In this document: positions 11,601-23,400 of the stretch, one piece after another
Layout of the letters: each line of letters opens with the position of its first letter
How positions within the stretch are numbered: the stretch's first letter is position 1
DNA from: Nemertoderma westbladi
Taxonomy: Eukaryota > Animalia > Xenacoelomorpha
Direction: 5' to 3'
NCBI GenBank assembly: GCA_032718475.1
Contig: JAUCBJ010002846.1
Span: 1 to 64,000 of the forward strand
DNA: 64,000 bases
Position numbers and translations under genes: made by a program
Notes under the pieces: model-generated
The model's database searches: none
Told to the model about the DNA's origin: nothing
The model's input: the letters and a program-made list of their open reading frames with translations, nothing else

Positions 11601-14450
11601 GCTATCACTTTGTTATTGATTTAGGTTGCTATCACTTTGTTATTGATTTAGGTTGCTATCATTTTGTTATTGATTTAGGTTGCTATCACCTTGTTATTGA
11701 TTTGGGTTGCTATCACTTTGTTATTGATTTAGGTTGCTATCACTTTGTTATTGATTTAGGTTGCTATCACTTTGTTATTGATTTAGGTTGCTATAATTTT
11801 CTTATTGATTTAGGTTGCTATCACTTTGTTATTGATTTAGGTTGCTATCACTTTGTTATTGATTTAGGTTGCTATCACTTTGTTATTGATTTGGGTTGCT
11901 AGCACTTTGTTATTGATTTGGGTTGCTATCACTCTGTTATTGATTTAGGTTGCTATCACTTTGTTATTGATTTAGGTTGCTATCACTTTGTTATTGATTT
12001 GGGTTGCTATCACTTTGTTATTGATTTAGGTTGCTATCACTTTGTTATTGATTTAGGTTGCTATCACTTTGTTATTGATTTAGGTTACTATCACTTTGTT
12101 ATTGATTTGGGTTGCTATCACTTTGTTATTGATTTAGGTTGCTATCACTTTGTTATTGATTTAGGTTGCTATCATTTTGTTATTGATTTAGGTTGCTATC
12201 ACCTTGTTATTGATTTAGGTTGCTATCACTTTGTTATTGATTTAAGTTGCTATCACTTTGTTATTGATTTAGGTTACTATCACTTTGTTATTGATTTGGG
12301 TTGCTATCACTTTGTTATTGATTTAGGTTGCTATCACTTTGTTATTGATTTAGGTTGCTATCACTTTGTTATTGATTTAAGTTGCTATCACTTTGTTATT
12401 GATTTAGGTTACTATCACTTTGTTATTGATTTGGGTTGCTATCACTTTGTTATTGATTTAGGTTGCTATCACTTTGTTATTGATTTAGGTTGCTATCACT
12501 TTGTTATTGATTTAGGTTGCTATCATTTTGTTATTGATTTAGGTTGCTATCACCTTGTTATTGATTTAGGTTACTATCACTTTGTTATTGATTTAGGTTA
12601 CTATCACTTTGTTATTGATTTAGGTTACTATCACTTTGTTATTGATTTAGGTTACTATCACTTTGTTATTGATTTGGGTTGCTATCACTTTGTTATTGAT
12701 TTAGGTTGCTATCACTTTGTTATTGATTTAGGTTGCTATCACTTTGTTATTGATTTAGGTTGCTATCACTTTGTTATTGATTTGGGTTGCTATCACTTTG
12801 TTATTGATTTAGGTTGCTATCACTTTGTTATTGATTTAGGTTGCTATCACTTTGTTATTGATTTAGGTTGCTATAACTTTGTTATTAATTTAGGTTGCTA
12901 TCACTTTGTTATTGATTTAGGTTGCTATCACTTTGTTATTGATTTAGGTTGCTATCACTTTGTTATTGATTTAGGTTGCTATCACTTTGTTATTGATTTA
13001 GGTTGCTATCACTTTGTTATTGATTTAGGTTACTATCACTTTGTTATTGATTTGGGTTGCTATCACTTTGTTATTGATTTAGGTTGCTATCCTATTGTTA
13101 TTGATTTAGGTTGCTATCACTTTGTTATTGATTTGGGTTGCTAGCACTTTGTTATTGATTTGGGTTGCTATCACTCTGTTATTGATTTAGGTTGCTATCA
13201 CTTTGTTATTGATTTAGGTTGCTATCACTTTGTTATTGATTTGGGTTGCTATCACTTTGTTATTGATTTAGGTTGCTATCACTTTGTTATTGATTTAGGT
13301 TGCTATCACTTTGTTATTGATTTAGGTTACTATCACTTTGTTATTGATTTGGGTTGCTATCACTTTGTTATTGATTTAGGTTGCTATCACTTTGTTATTG
13401 ATTTAGGTTGCTATCATTTTGTTATTGATTTAGGTTGCTATCACCTTGTTATTGATTTAGGTTGCTATCACTTTGTTATTGATTTAAGTTGCTATCACTT
13501 TGTTATTGATTTAGGTTACTATCACTTTGTTATTGATTTGGGTTGCTATCACTTTGTTATTGATTTAGGTTGCTATCACTTTGTTATTGATTTAGGTTGC
13601 TATCACTTTGTTATTGATTTAAGTTGCTATCACTTTGTTATTGATTTAGGTTACTATCACTTTGTTATTGATTTGGGTTGCTATCACTTTGTTATTGATT
13701 TAGGTTGCTATCACTTTGTTATTGATTTAGGTTGCTATCACTTTGTTATTGATTTAGGTTGCTATCATTTTGTTATTGATTTAGGTTGCTATCACCTTGT
13801 TATTGATTTAGGTTACTATCACTTTGTTATTGATTTAGGTTACTATCACTTTGTTATTGATTTAGGTTACTATCACTTTGTTATTGATTTAGGTTACTAT
13901 CACTTTGTTATTGATTTGGGTTGCTATCACTTTGTTATTGATTTAGGTTGCTATCACTTTGTTATTGATTTAGGTTGCTATCACTTTGTTATTGATTTAG
14001 GTTGCTATCACTTTGTTATTGATTTGGGTTGCTATCACTTTGTTATTGATTTAGGTTGCTATCACTTTGTTATTGATTTAGGTTGCTATCACTTTGTTAT
14101 TGATTTAGGTTGCTATAACTTTGTTATTAATTTAGGTTGCTATCACTTTGTTATTGATTTAGGTTGCTACCACTTTGTTATTGATTTAGGTTGCTACCAC
14201 TTTGTTATTGATTTAGGTTGCTATCACTTTGTTATTGATTTAGGTTGCTATCACTTTGTTATTGATTTGGGTTGCTATCACTTTGTTATTGATTTAGGTT
14301 GCTATCACTTTGTTATTGATTTAGGTTGCTATCACTTTGTTATTGATTTAGGTTGCTATCACTTTGTTATTGATTTAGGTTGCTATCACTTTGTTATTGA
14401 TTTAGGTTGCTATCACTTTGTTATTGATTTAGGTTGCTATCACTTTGTTA
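2675..14450 (+). repeat. 27-bp satellite (TTGTTATTGATTTAG|GTTGCTATCACT), ~435 copies, derived from the acceptor and start of the 14433 exon
   Basis: Strict 27-bp period; the last unit continues without a break into coding sequence GTT GCT ATC ACT TTG TTA ACC. Confidence 0.97.
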
Positions 14451-14564
14451 ACCTTTTACCAAGGGAATCTCATGTTTTGTGAAAACTTTGAGACATTAGT
14501 TACAGTTCTCAAGGAGAAAATTAATAAATTACCCGACTTACCCGTTGAAACGTTCCTTTCTCAG
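14433..14564 (+). CDS. TBC1D1: TBC1D1/4-like exon VAITLLTFYQGNLMFCENFETLVTVLKEKINKLPDLPVETFLSQ
   Basis: 132 bp, phase 0/0, gatttag| acceptor and CAG|gttagt donor; aligns with TBC1D1 VALSLL...ENLETIVDFIK...TINQ. Confidence 0.9.
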
Positions 14565-14859
14565 GTTAGTAAATTTTGCATTGAAATACTTTAATTTGAA
14601 TGAAACACTGGAGTTGAACAATAATGAACATGTGATTAATGACATCCTATTTCTTTATTATATTTACGGGACGCCAAAAATTAATTTCGGAACATCCCCA
14701 AATGAGTCTTCTATATCAATGATCCCATTTCCATAGGTAGAGAAATTGGGCAGGGTTTAAGGGGTGGGGGGGGGGGGGTTGTGGTGGTGTACTTGCTTGG
14801 AAGTCAACGTTTTGATTTGCTTACTGCATGCACCAAAGAGCTATTATGTAGAAAAAAAA

Positions 14860-15720
14860 ATGTATGATACATTTTGGGTGGACTATATTGAATTGTAATA
14901 TTAAAAAAAAATTATTAATTTTTGACGCCCCTTAGCGGCCTGACCAAAAATTTTAATTTTTGACTTAAAAATGCAACTTCTTTGTTTTATGCTTTATTTT
15001 CAGAAGTTGTAACCTTTTTTTGGAATCAGCATGGCCGATTGCATGAAAAAATTCGAGCAGAATTTTTGTTTCTTACTTTTAAAGGAAAATACCGCTATTT
15101 TTCAAAATATTTTTAAAATTTTTAAAAAAGCACTGTTTTTTTTTCGTAAAAAATGTTATAACCGATGAACAATTACAAAACTAAAAAACTGCTAGAATTA
15201 TTTTTTTGCGCACACTAGTAGCTTTCATTTGATACCAAAAACTTGCCAATTGGTTGAAAAATGGCGGAGGAGATGTGTTTTAAAAAAAGTGAAAATGAAG
15301 TGAAAAAAAATGAAAAAAATCCATTCCGAGATAATTGCCTTTAAAATTTGAACCTTCCCGCGCAAAAAATTGTCTGTAATATATGAGAATGTCTGTCAAT
15401 ATATATAGCAACACGAAAACACAAAATCATGCTAAGATTTTTGCTGTGGGGGTTTACCTGGTCGCTGGTTTAATTTCTGAGGTCAGAATTCACTTTTAAT
15501 GAAATCTGGTTAGTCTGTTTGTCTGTCTGTCGGTCTTTCTGACTATCTGTCTGTCAAATATAAGAAAAGGGCACATCATCTAACTAAAACTTTAGTTATA
15601 GGGGTTTTCCTGGTCGCAGAATTAATTTCGATTCATTTCTGATTTAACATTTGATGATTTCCAAATTGTCTGTTTGGCTGTCAGACTGTCGGTTATATTT
15701 TGACTGACAGGCATACAGAC
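14860..15720. mobile_element. Diverged dispersed repeat (probable non-autonomous DNA element), homologous in inverted orientation to the flanks of the 50-bp satellite
   Basis: Reverse complement of ~15320-15480 aligns with 20864-20915 and 43140-43195; boundaries approximate. Confidence 0.55.
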
Positions 15721-15786
15721 TCTCTCGCTCAAGTATGTTCAGCATACTTTCATTATATCTATCTATATATAGATATATTTATATAT

Positions 15787-16150
15787 CAGACACTATATAA
15801 CATTGGAGGTGTCTCATTGGACCCCCAAGATTGATGTCAATAAAGCCGCTTCAGCTTCGCAGGGCATTGTTTTCTCCATCAGGAACAGCCTGTGCACAAT
15901 CTTGTGTGTATAATCTTGTGTGCACAATCTTGTGTGCACAATCTTGTGTGTATAATCTTGTGTGCACAATCTTGTGTGTATAATCTTGTGTGCACAATCT
16001 TGTGTGTATAATCTTGTGTGCACAATCTTGTGTGTATAATCTTGTGTGCACAATCTTGTGTGTATAATCTTGTGTGCACAATCTTGTGCTTTCCAGCCTC
16101 ATGGAAAAAATAAGCAAGGTGGATAGAACATGACGCGTATACTTGTCTTG
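15787..16150 (+). mobile_element. Degenerate RTE-like LINE 3' fragment (FAGHCF..QEQPVHNLV..QPHG) interrupted by a 14-bp repeat
   Basis: Nucleotide and peptide similarity to the minus-strand fragment at 17854-18143. Confidence 0.6.
15891..16089. repeat. 14/28-bp tandem repeat (TGTGCACAATCTTG / TGTGTATAATCTTG)
   Basis: Visible alternating 14-bp units. Confidence 0.92.
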
Positions 16151-16513
16151 AAGATGCGAAATTCATGTACATTATCTATCATTCTTTGCAGTCGTTTCAG
16201 AAATGTCAATGGCTGCCCACAAAGGGTTGCCCTCAGCTCTACGATAGAAGTGGCCGACAAACGAATCAGTGGTGCCTGCAGGGCGGTGAATGGTTTTGAC
16301 AATAATATATTAGTTACTACCAGTTTGAGAGTACAAATTATTGTACTTGTATCCTTACTCTACTTACACCCTAATGGAACCAAAGCACAGCTCTGGACTA
16401 ATACATCCTTATCAACAAAAAACATCACAACATCATCCAAGGATTAAGCTAGATTAACCATTTTTGATATTGTTTTCTATTTGATCTAAAATTGTTGTTT
16501 TATAAAATTATAG

Positions 16514-16681
16514 GTATTTGACTTAGATATAACGGAAAAACTCCACGAGTATGAGGTAGAATATCACGTCTTGCAAGAAGTAAATGCAGCTAATGAAATG
16601 GATAATAATGAATCCATGAGACAAGAAAGGATAGACGATGTACTTAGACTGCACAATGAGGAGCTTATTGAACAGTTGCAG
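16514..16681 (+). CDS. TBC1D1: TBC1D1/4-like exon VFDLDITEKLHEYEVEYHVLQE...LIEQLQ (post-TBC, coiled-coil start)
   Basis: 168 bp, phase 0/0, tatag| acceptor, CAG|gttagt donor; contains the YEVEYHVLQE motif characteristic of TBC1D1/4. Confidence 0.93.
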
Positions 16682-17016
16682 GTTAGTTTTACTATTACCA
16701 ACAAAATAGTCTGGAATATAATTAATTGCTATTTTTATGTATCACATTTGTGAAATTTTGTCAAATTTGTGAAATGTATTACATTCAAACACACAAGCCC
16801 GCTATCAACAAGCAGAAACGTGATTGGCATAAGTTTGTGGTGCTGCTTCCCAGTGGCTAGTTACCTACAGACCTCTATCTTCATTCAATACTCGTTCTGT
16901 CTCCCTTTGTGAATTTCTCTCTACATTTCCTGGCTTGGCCTCCTGGCGGGGCGTCTAGGTCCTGTGCTTTTTAGTTTTTTACATACTTTGGTACTAATAC
17001 ACCTACTGGTAAGAAC

Positions 17017-19607
17017 TAGTATTGTTATACCCTATCTCGCTATCTCTGCGACAGTTGGACCTACTTCGCACCTTAGGTGTTAAGTAGGTCATTAATTAAT
17101 TAATTAATTAATTAATTGGCCGATTAAACAATTAATTAATTGTTTAATCGATCGATTTGTATCAAATAATGTTGCCAAAGGCAATTTAATTTGACACAAA
17201 TCAATCAGATAGGGACGCGCGATGAATAGATAGTACTACTGTAGGTACAGTAGATAAAATATACAATACAATAGGTACCATACAATACAATATACAGTAC
17301 ATTTGTATTATTTTTTTCATACAGTAGGTAACGATAGAGGCGGGGCCCAAAATATAAATTACCCTCACAGGAAAATACGTGGGCCAGTTTGGCCGTGACT
17401 CAGTCCCCCAATCTGAGGCTGTTGGGCTCTTATTAGACGTAGCAAGATTAATCCCATTGAATCCTGTGTTGAGTTATATTGTATGTCAACGTGTACGTGG
17501 GGCTTGCACGAATTGAAAATTATTTAAACCTCCAGCTTTGCTATTATGTAAGATTGGAAACCACAGGTTTCGGTCTTACGCGCCAGCATTAACCCTCAAT
17601 CGCGCACAGGCCAGCTGCAACCATTAATTACCCCACATACGAACATTGTCAAATACACCGGCAGTAGAAAACACTGTGAATAGCACCACCAAAACTACAG
17701 TAATTTGAGTTCCTTTCTTATGCTTGGTGGGAAAATTTCAAGAAACATCTGGTTCACAATAGATTGCCTTATAGGTTTACGTCTTACAAGCCAGCATTAA
17801 CCCCAAATAGCGCATTACTATTAGGATAGGCATGCTGCATTGCAGCTGCATTTTTAAGAATGCTGTGCCGGCTTATCGACAAAATTGCACCACCACAACT
17901 CCCTATCACCCATGACATTTGGTAGATCATCCGCATCTTCTAGGCCAGTGTCCTTTAAGATGCGTCTCAAGAAAGTCATGGGCTGTCCATCATGCTTATT
18001 CACTCCATGAGGCTGCCAAAGTACAAGATTATGCACTGGCTGGTCCTCACGGCGAAAGCAATGTCCTGCAAAGCGGAGGCGATTTTGTTCTAGTGTCAAG
18101 CTTGGGGGAACCAATGAGACACCTCCAATGTTATAGTGTCTGGTTGGAGATGTGTGCATTGTACGTGACACAATAATCTTGAGTAGTATCTAGAAGTATC
18201 TTGACACAACAGCTTTGAATAGTGTGCGGCAAACTCATCGTCAGTAGGAGTACCGGATTCTTGGACAGATAAGACTTCTCCATTCCAGTCTATGGCTGCC
18301 CAAAGGCGTTTTGGGTCACTATTGGTTGCGAGACGCGCCCATCGACTCTTCGTTGATCCGAATCCTGCCGTCACTGCCCCCTGGCTCCTGTGTTACATAA
18401 TTCGAGGTATGTTTTGAGTTAGATATGTATTTGTAAATATTTAGTGAGAAATAACCGCACATTGCATCAATATCAGACTGGGCCGTTTGTATAATGGGTT
18501 GGTAAATGGTAGAGGGGCGAGCCATGCAGTGAGCATAGCTCGGAGGAACAGCTAACTCTAACACCGACTTAAAGTTTCAAGTGAAGTGCAGTTGGGTTTA
18601 ATTCCCTTAACACAATTCACAGTCGGGGGTCCAGATATTGCGTCAGAGGCATTCAAAAGCTCATCGCCCAAACATTTCGATCGGTTGAGTAGTTGTGATG
18701 ACGTTATATTTGTTGCAGCATCAGTTACGCTGATCAGAGCTGACCACTGATCAGGTCAGTGGGGAGTCGTAAATATCTGTCCACATTCATACATTTAATA
18801 GCTGAGGGGACTTTAGATACCTCGTTAACTAGGGATACTAAATAATCTTGAGAAGAAACCCATTTATCTTTTATCCTAAACCTGAGACCACACTGATAAA
18901 GGGATGAATGAGTTGATAAACCGTTTAAAATTATACACCCAGTGTCAAATGTAAAATGCCTTTGAAAATTTTCCCATGAGAGTTTATTGTCTGGTCGGGC
19001 CATGGTTGGTATTTCCAACCATTGTCCTGTGGTTTCCAATCTTACATAATAGCAAAGCTGGAGGCTTAAATAATTTTCAATTCGTGCAAGCCCCACCTAC
19101 ACGTTGACATACAGTATAATTCAACATAGGATTCAATGGGATTAATCTTGCTACGTCTAATAAGAGCCCAACAGGCTCAGATTGGGTGACTGAGTCAGGG
19201 TCAAACTGGCCCACGTATTTTCCGGTGAGGGTAAATTATGTTTTAGGCCCTGCCACGTCTTTTTCTTTCGTTCTATCATTACCTACTGTATGACAAAAAT
19301 AATACAAATGTACTGTATATTGTACTGTATGGTACCTATTGTATTGTATATTTTATCTACTGTACCTACAGTAGTACTATCTATTCATCGCGCGTCCCTA
19401 TCTGATTGATTTGTGTCAAATTAAATTGCCTTTGGCAACATTTTTTATTTGATCAATTAGTTGATCGATCGATTAAACAATTAATTAATTGTTTAATCGG
19501 CCAATTAATTAATTAATTAATTAATTAATTAATGACCTACTTAACACCTAAGGTGCGAAGTAGGTCCAACTGTCGCAGAGATAGCGAGATAGGGTATAAC
19601 AATACTA
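17017..19607. mobile_element. Foldback-type non-autonomous DNA transposon, ~550-580-bp TIRs (17017-17567 / 19026-19607), TAG...CTA termini, LINE fragments inside
   Basis: Long near-identical inverted repeats read directly; CTGGTAAG near both ends (imperfect TSD, 3 extra bases on the left). Confidence 0.85.
17854..19010 (-). pseudogene. Degenerate LINE ORF2 fragments: APE endonuclease C-terminus (DYLVS...LPTD), linker (KRLWAAIDWNG) and RTE-type C-terminus (RLRFAGHCFR...DRELW)
   Basis: Peptide motifs in short minus-strand ORFs 18734-19096, 18096-18374 and 17854-18171; RT core absent. Confidence 0.6.
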
Positions 19608-20245
19608 CTGGTAAGGTTTTTTACTTAACGTGCTTGATTTTTCAAGCTTCTATTTCAATAATTGTTACTCCCAAAATATAGTCCGAAGATACTAAAACGA
19701 TTAAATTTGGATTTGTAGTGTGAATATTTCACAAATTTTTGTAAAAGAAGCCCTGATTGTGAAGGAGTACTACTATCTGTTATCTTGTAGTATTTCGGTA
19801 CAGTCATTGGTCCATATAAGAGACAGGTTTTGAACTTCGTTGGGTTCTGTGTAAAAATGTAAACACTGGACTTCCTCCGAAATTATGTAATAAGGGGTTT
19901 CCCGGGGCGTAGAATCCATTTTTCCGGGTCTCGAAAGTTGATTTCACCTAGCAGTTGCTGATTTTTGAAGAAATTTTGCAGGAATGGTTACAGATCATTA
20001 TTCGAATTAGTTTTAAGTAGGTTTCTGTAATTATTTGGCTATAGGAGCCCCTTGAAGTTGATATTGAAGTTGTCTCACGTTTGGGTCCATGTCTCAAATT
20101 AGGCAGAATGACTGTACTTCGTTCCTAGATAAAAACAAATCGGATGTATTTCTGGGGTGCCGCCGGAATATAAAGTGTATTTTATAAATCCTACAACTGT
20201 TATCATTGCATCGATTGTGGCTACCGCTACCATATTGTTGTCTAG

Positions 20246-20417
20246 GTGGCGAAAAATCAAAAGAAGTGTCTAGAAGGAACAGTACTGCAACTCCAAGACA
20301 CTGTTTCAAAACTGAAACAAGATATGCGAGAGATGGAGAATGAACGCATTCAGTTAATGGAAGGTGTAACCAGATTGCAAAACGAAATACCTTTTGATCG
20401 CCTTCAGCCATTATTGG
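20246..20417 (+). CDS. TBC1D1: TBC1D1/4-like coiled-coil exon VAKNQKKCLEGTVLQLQDTVSKLKQDMREMENERIQLMEGVTRLQNEIPFDRLQPLL
   Basis: gttgtctag| acceptor, G|gttagt donor (phase 1), 172 bp open; aligns with TBC1D1 VANGRIQSLEATI...SKLKQ...ELER. Not listed in the ORF track. Confidence 0.85.
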
Positions 20418-23400
20418 GTTAGTACTTATACTGTTTACAGTGCCTGAATAACAGTGTAAATACAGTGCCATACAATTTAATTGGAACCTTGGTTAATTGT
20501 TTTTTATTTGAAATTGGCCCACTTTATGTTTGCTAACGTAGGTATCATGTAGCCGGTTGGTGCGCCAATAAATTATTGTTGGGCTAGAAACATTTGAATA
20601 AGTTCATAAAGTAAGTCACCAGTTCTAGTCACAAGGGACCAGTTCTACAACGGGAAAATTATAGACCTGTAGCACTTTAACAATATTATCAAAAACTTTA
20701 TTTTATTACATCTAGAGCTGAATCTTTCAAATTCGAAAACGGCTTAGAGATGTCTTTTACTGTAGTTCTCGAGTTATCGTAAAATATCTGTCTGTCAAAA
20801 TGTAAGACAGACAAACCGACACACGGACAGACTAGATTCCACCAAATATAAAAAAAACTAACATCGGAAATGAAATCAGCGACCCCGAAAACCCCCATAA
20901 ATATAATTTTAGCTCGGTGGTGTGTTTCCTTCCTGTCAGACACTATTAACCAACCAGACCCCATCGGTGGTGTGTTTCCTTCCTGTCAGACACTATTAAC
21001 CAACCAGACCCCATCGGTGGTGTGTTTCCTTCCTGTCAGACACTATTAACCAACCAGACCCCATCGGTGGTGTGTTTCCTTCCTGTCAGACACTATTAAC
21101 CAACCAGACCCCATCGGTGGTGTGTTTCCTTCCTGCCAGACACTATTAACCAACCAGACCCCATCGGTGGTGTGTTTCCTTCCTGTCAGACACTATTAAC
21201 TAACCAGACACTATTAACCAACTAGACACTATTAACCAACCAGACCCCATCGGTGGTGTGTTTCCTTCCTGTCAGACACTATTAACTAACCAGACACTAT
21301 TAACCAACTAGACACTATTAACCAACCAGACCCCATCGGTGGTGTGTTTCCTTCCTGTCAGACACTATTAACTAACCAGACACTATTAACCAACCAGACA
21401 CTATTAACCAACCAAACACTATTAACCAACCAGACCCCATCGGTGGTGTGTTTCCTTCCTGTCAGACACTATTAACTAACCAGACCCCATCGGTGGTGTG
21501 TTTCCTTCCTGTCAGACACTATTAACTAACCAGACACTATTAACCAACCAGACCCCATCGGTGGTGTGTTTCCTTCCTGTCAGACACTATTAACTAACCA
21601 GACACTATTAACCAACCAGACCCCATCGGTGCTGTCAGACACTATTAACCAACCAGACCCCATCGGTGGTGTGTTTCCTTCCTGTCAGACACTATTAACC
21701 AACCAGACCCCATCGGTGGTGTGTTTCCTTCCTGTCAGACTCTATTAACCAACCAGACCCCATCGGTGGTGTGTTTCCTTCCTGTCAGACTCTATTAACC
21801 AACCAGACCCCATCGGTGGTGTGTTTCCTTCCTGTCAGACACTATTAACCAACCAGACACTATTAACCAACCATACACTATTAACCAACCAGACACTAAT
21901 AACCAACCAGACCCCATCGGTGGTGTGTTTCCTTCCTGTCAGACACTATTAACCAACCAGACACTATTAACCAACCAGAGACTATTTACCAACCAGACAC
22001 TATTAACCAACCAGACCCCATCGGTGCTGTGTTTCCTTCCTGTCAGACACTATTAACCAACCAGAGACTATTTACCAACCAGACACTATTAACCAACCAG
22101 ACCCCATCGGTGCTGTGTTTCCTTCCTGTCAGACACTATTAACCAACCAGACCCCATCGGTGGTGTGTTTCCTTCCTGTCAGACACTATTAACCAACCAG
22201 ACCCCATCGGTGGTGTGTTTCCTTCCTGTCAGACTCTATTAACCAACCAGACCCCATCGGTGGTGTGTTTCCTTCCTGTCAGACACTATTAACCAACCAG
22301 ACCCCATCGGTGCTGTGTTTCCTTCCTGTCAGACACTATTAACCAACCAGACCTCCTCATCGGTGCTGTGTTTCCTTCCTGTCAGACACTATTAACCAAC
22401 CAGACCCCATCGGTGCTGTGTTTCCTTCCTGTCAGACACTATTAACCAACCAGACACTATTAACCAACCAGACACTATTAACCAACCAGACACTAATAAC
22501 CAACCAGACCCCATCGGTGGTGTGTTTCCTTCCTGTCAGACACTATTAACCAACCAGACACTATTAACCAACCAGACACTATTAACCAACCAGACACTAT
22601 TAACCAACCAGACCCCATCGGTGCTGTGTTTCCTTCCTGTCAGACACTATTAACCAACCAGACCCAATCGGTGCTGTGTTTCCTTCCTGTCAGACACTAT
22701 TAACCAACCAGACCTCCTCATCGGTGCTGTGTTTCCTTCATGTCAGACACTATTAACCAACCAGATCCCATCGGTGCTGTGTTTCCTTCCTGTCAGACAC
22801 TATTAACCAACCAGACCCCATCGGTGGTGTGTTTCCTTCCTGTCAGACACTATTAACCAACCAGACCCCATCGGTGGTGTGTTTCCTTCCTGTCAGACTC
22901 TATTAACCAACCAGACCCCATCGGTGGTGTGTTTCCTTCCTGTCAGACACTATTAACCAACCAGACCCCATCGGTGCTGTGTTTCCTTCCTGTCAGACAC
23001 TATTAACCAACCAGACCCCATCGGTGCTGTGTTTCCTTCCTGTCAGACACTATTAACCAACCAGACCCCATCGGTGCTGTGTTTCCTTCCTGTCAGACAC
23101 TATTAACCAACCAGACCCCATCGGTGCTGTGTTTCCTTCCTGTCAGACACTATTAACCAACCAGACACTATTAACCAACCAGACACTATTAACCAACCAG
23201 ACACTAATAACCAACCAGACCCCATCGGTGGTGTGTTTCCTTCCTGTCAGACACTATTAACCAACCAGACACTATTAACCAACCAGACACTATTAACCAA
23301 CCAGACACTATTAACCAACCAGACACTATTAACCAACCAGACACTATTAACCAACCAGACACTATTAACCAACCAGACCCCAACGGTGCTGTGTTTCCTT

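Noticed and set aside
2476-14432. Intron newly created by tandem duplication of an AGGT proto-splice site
   Set aside because: The donor (GTAGGG) and first ~200 bp are unrelated to the repeat, so the array expanded within a pre-existing intron; orthologue intron positions would confirm
2684-14482. Long ORFs encoding (GCYHFVIDL)n
   Set aside because: By-product of a 27-bp period; no ATG starts, broken by TAG variants, and the region is an intron of the TBC gene whose coding frame is a different one
20094-20471. 125-aa minus-strand ORF
   Set aside because: Antisense shadow of the real + strand exon 20246-20417
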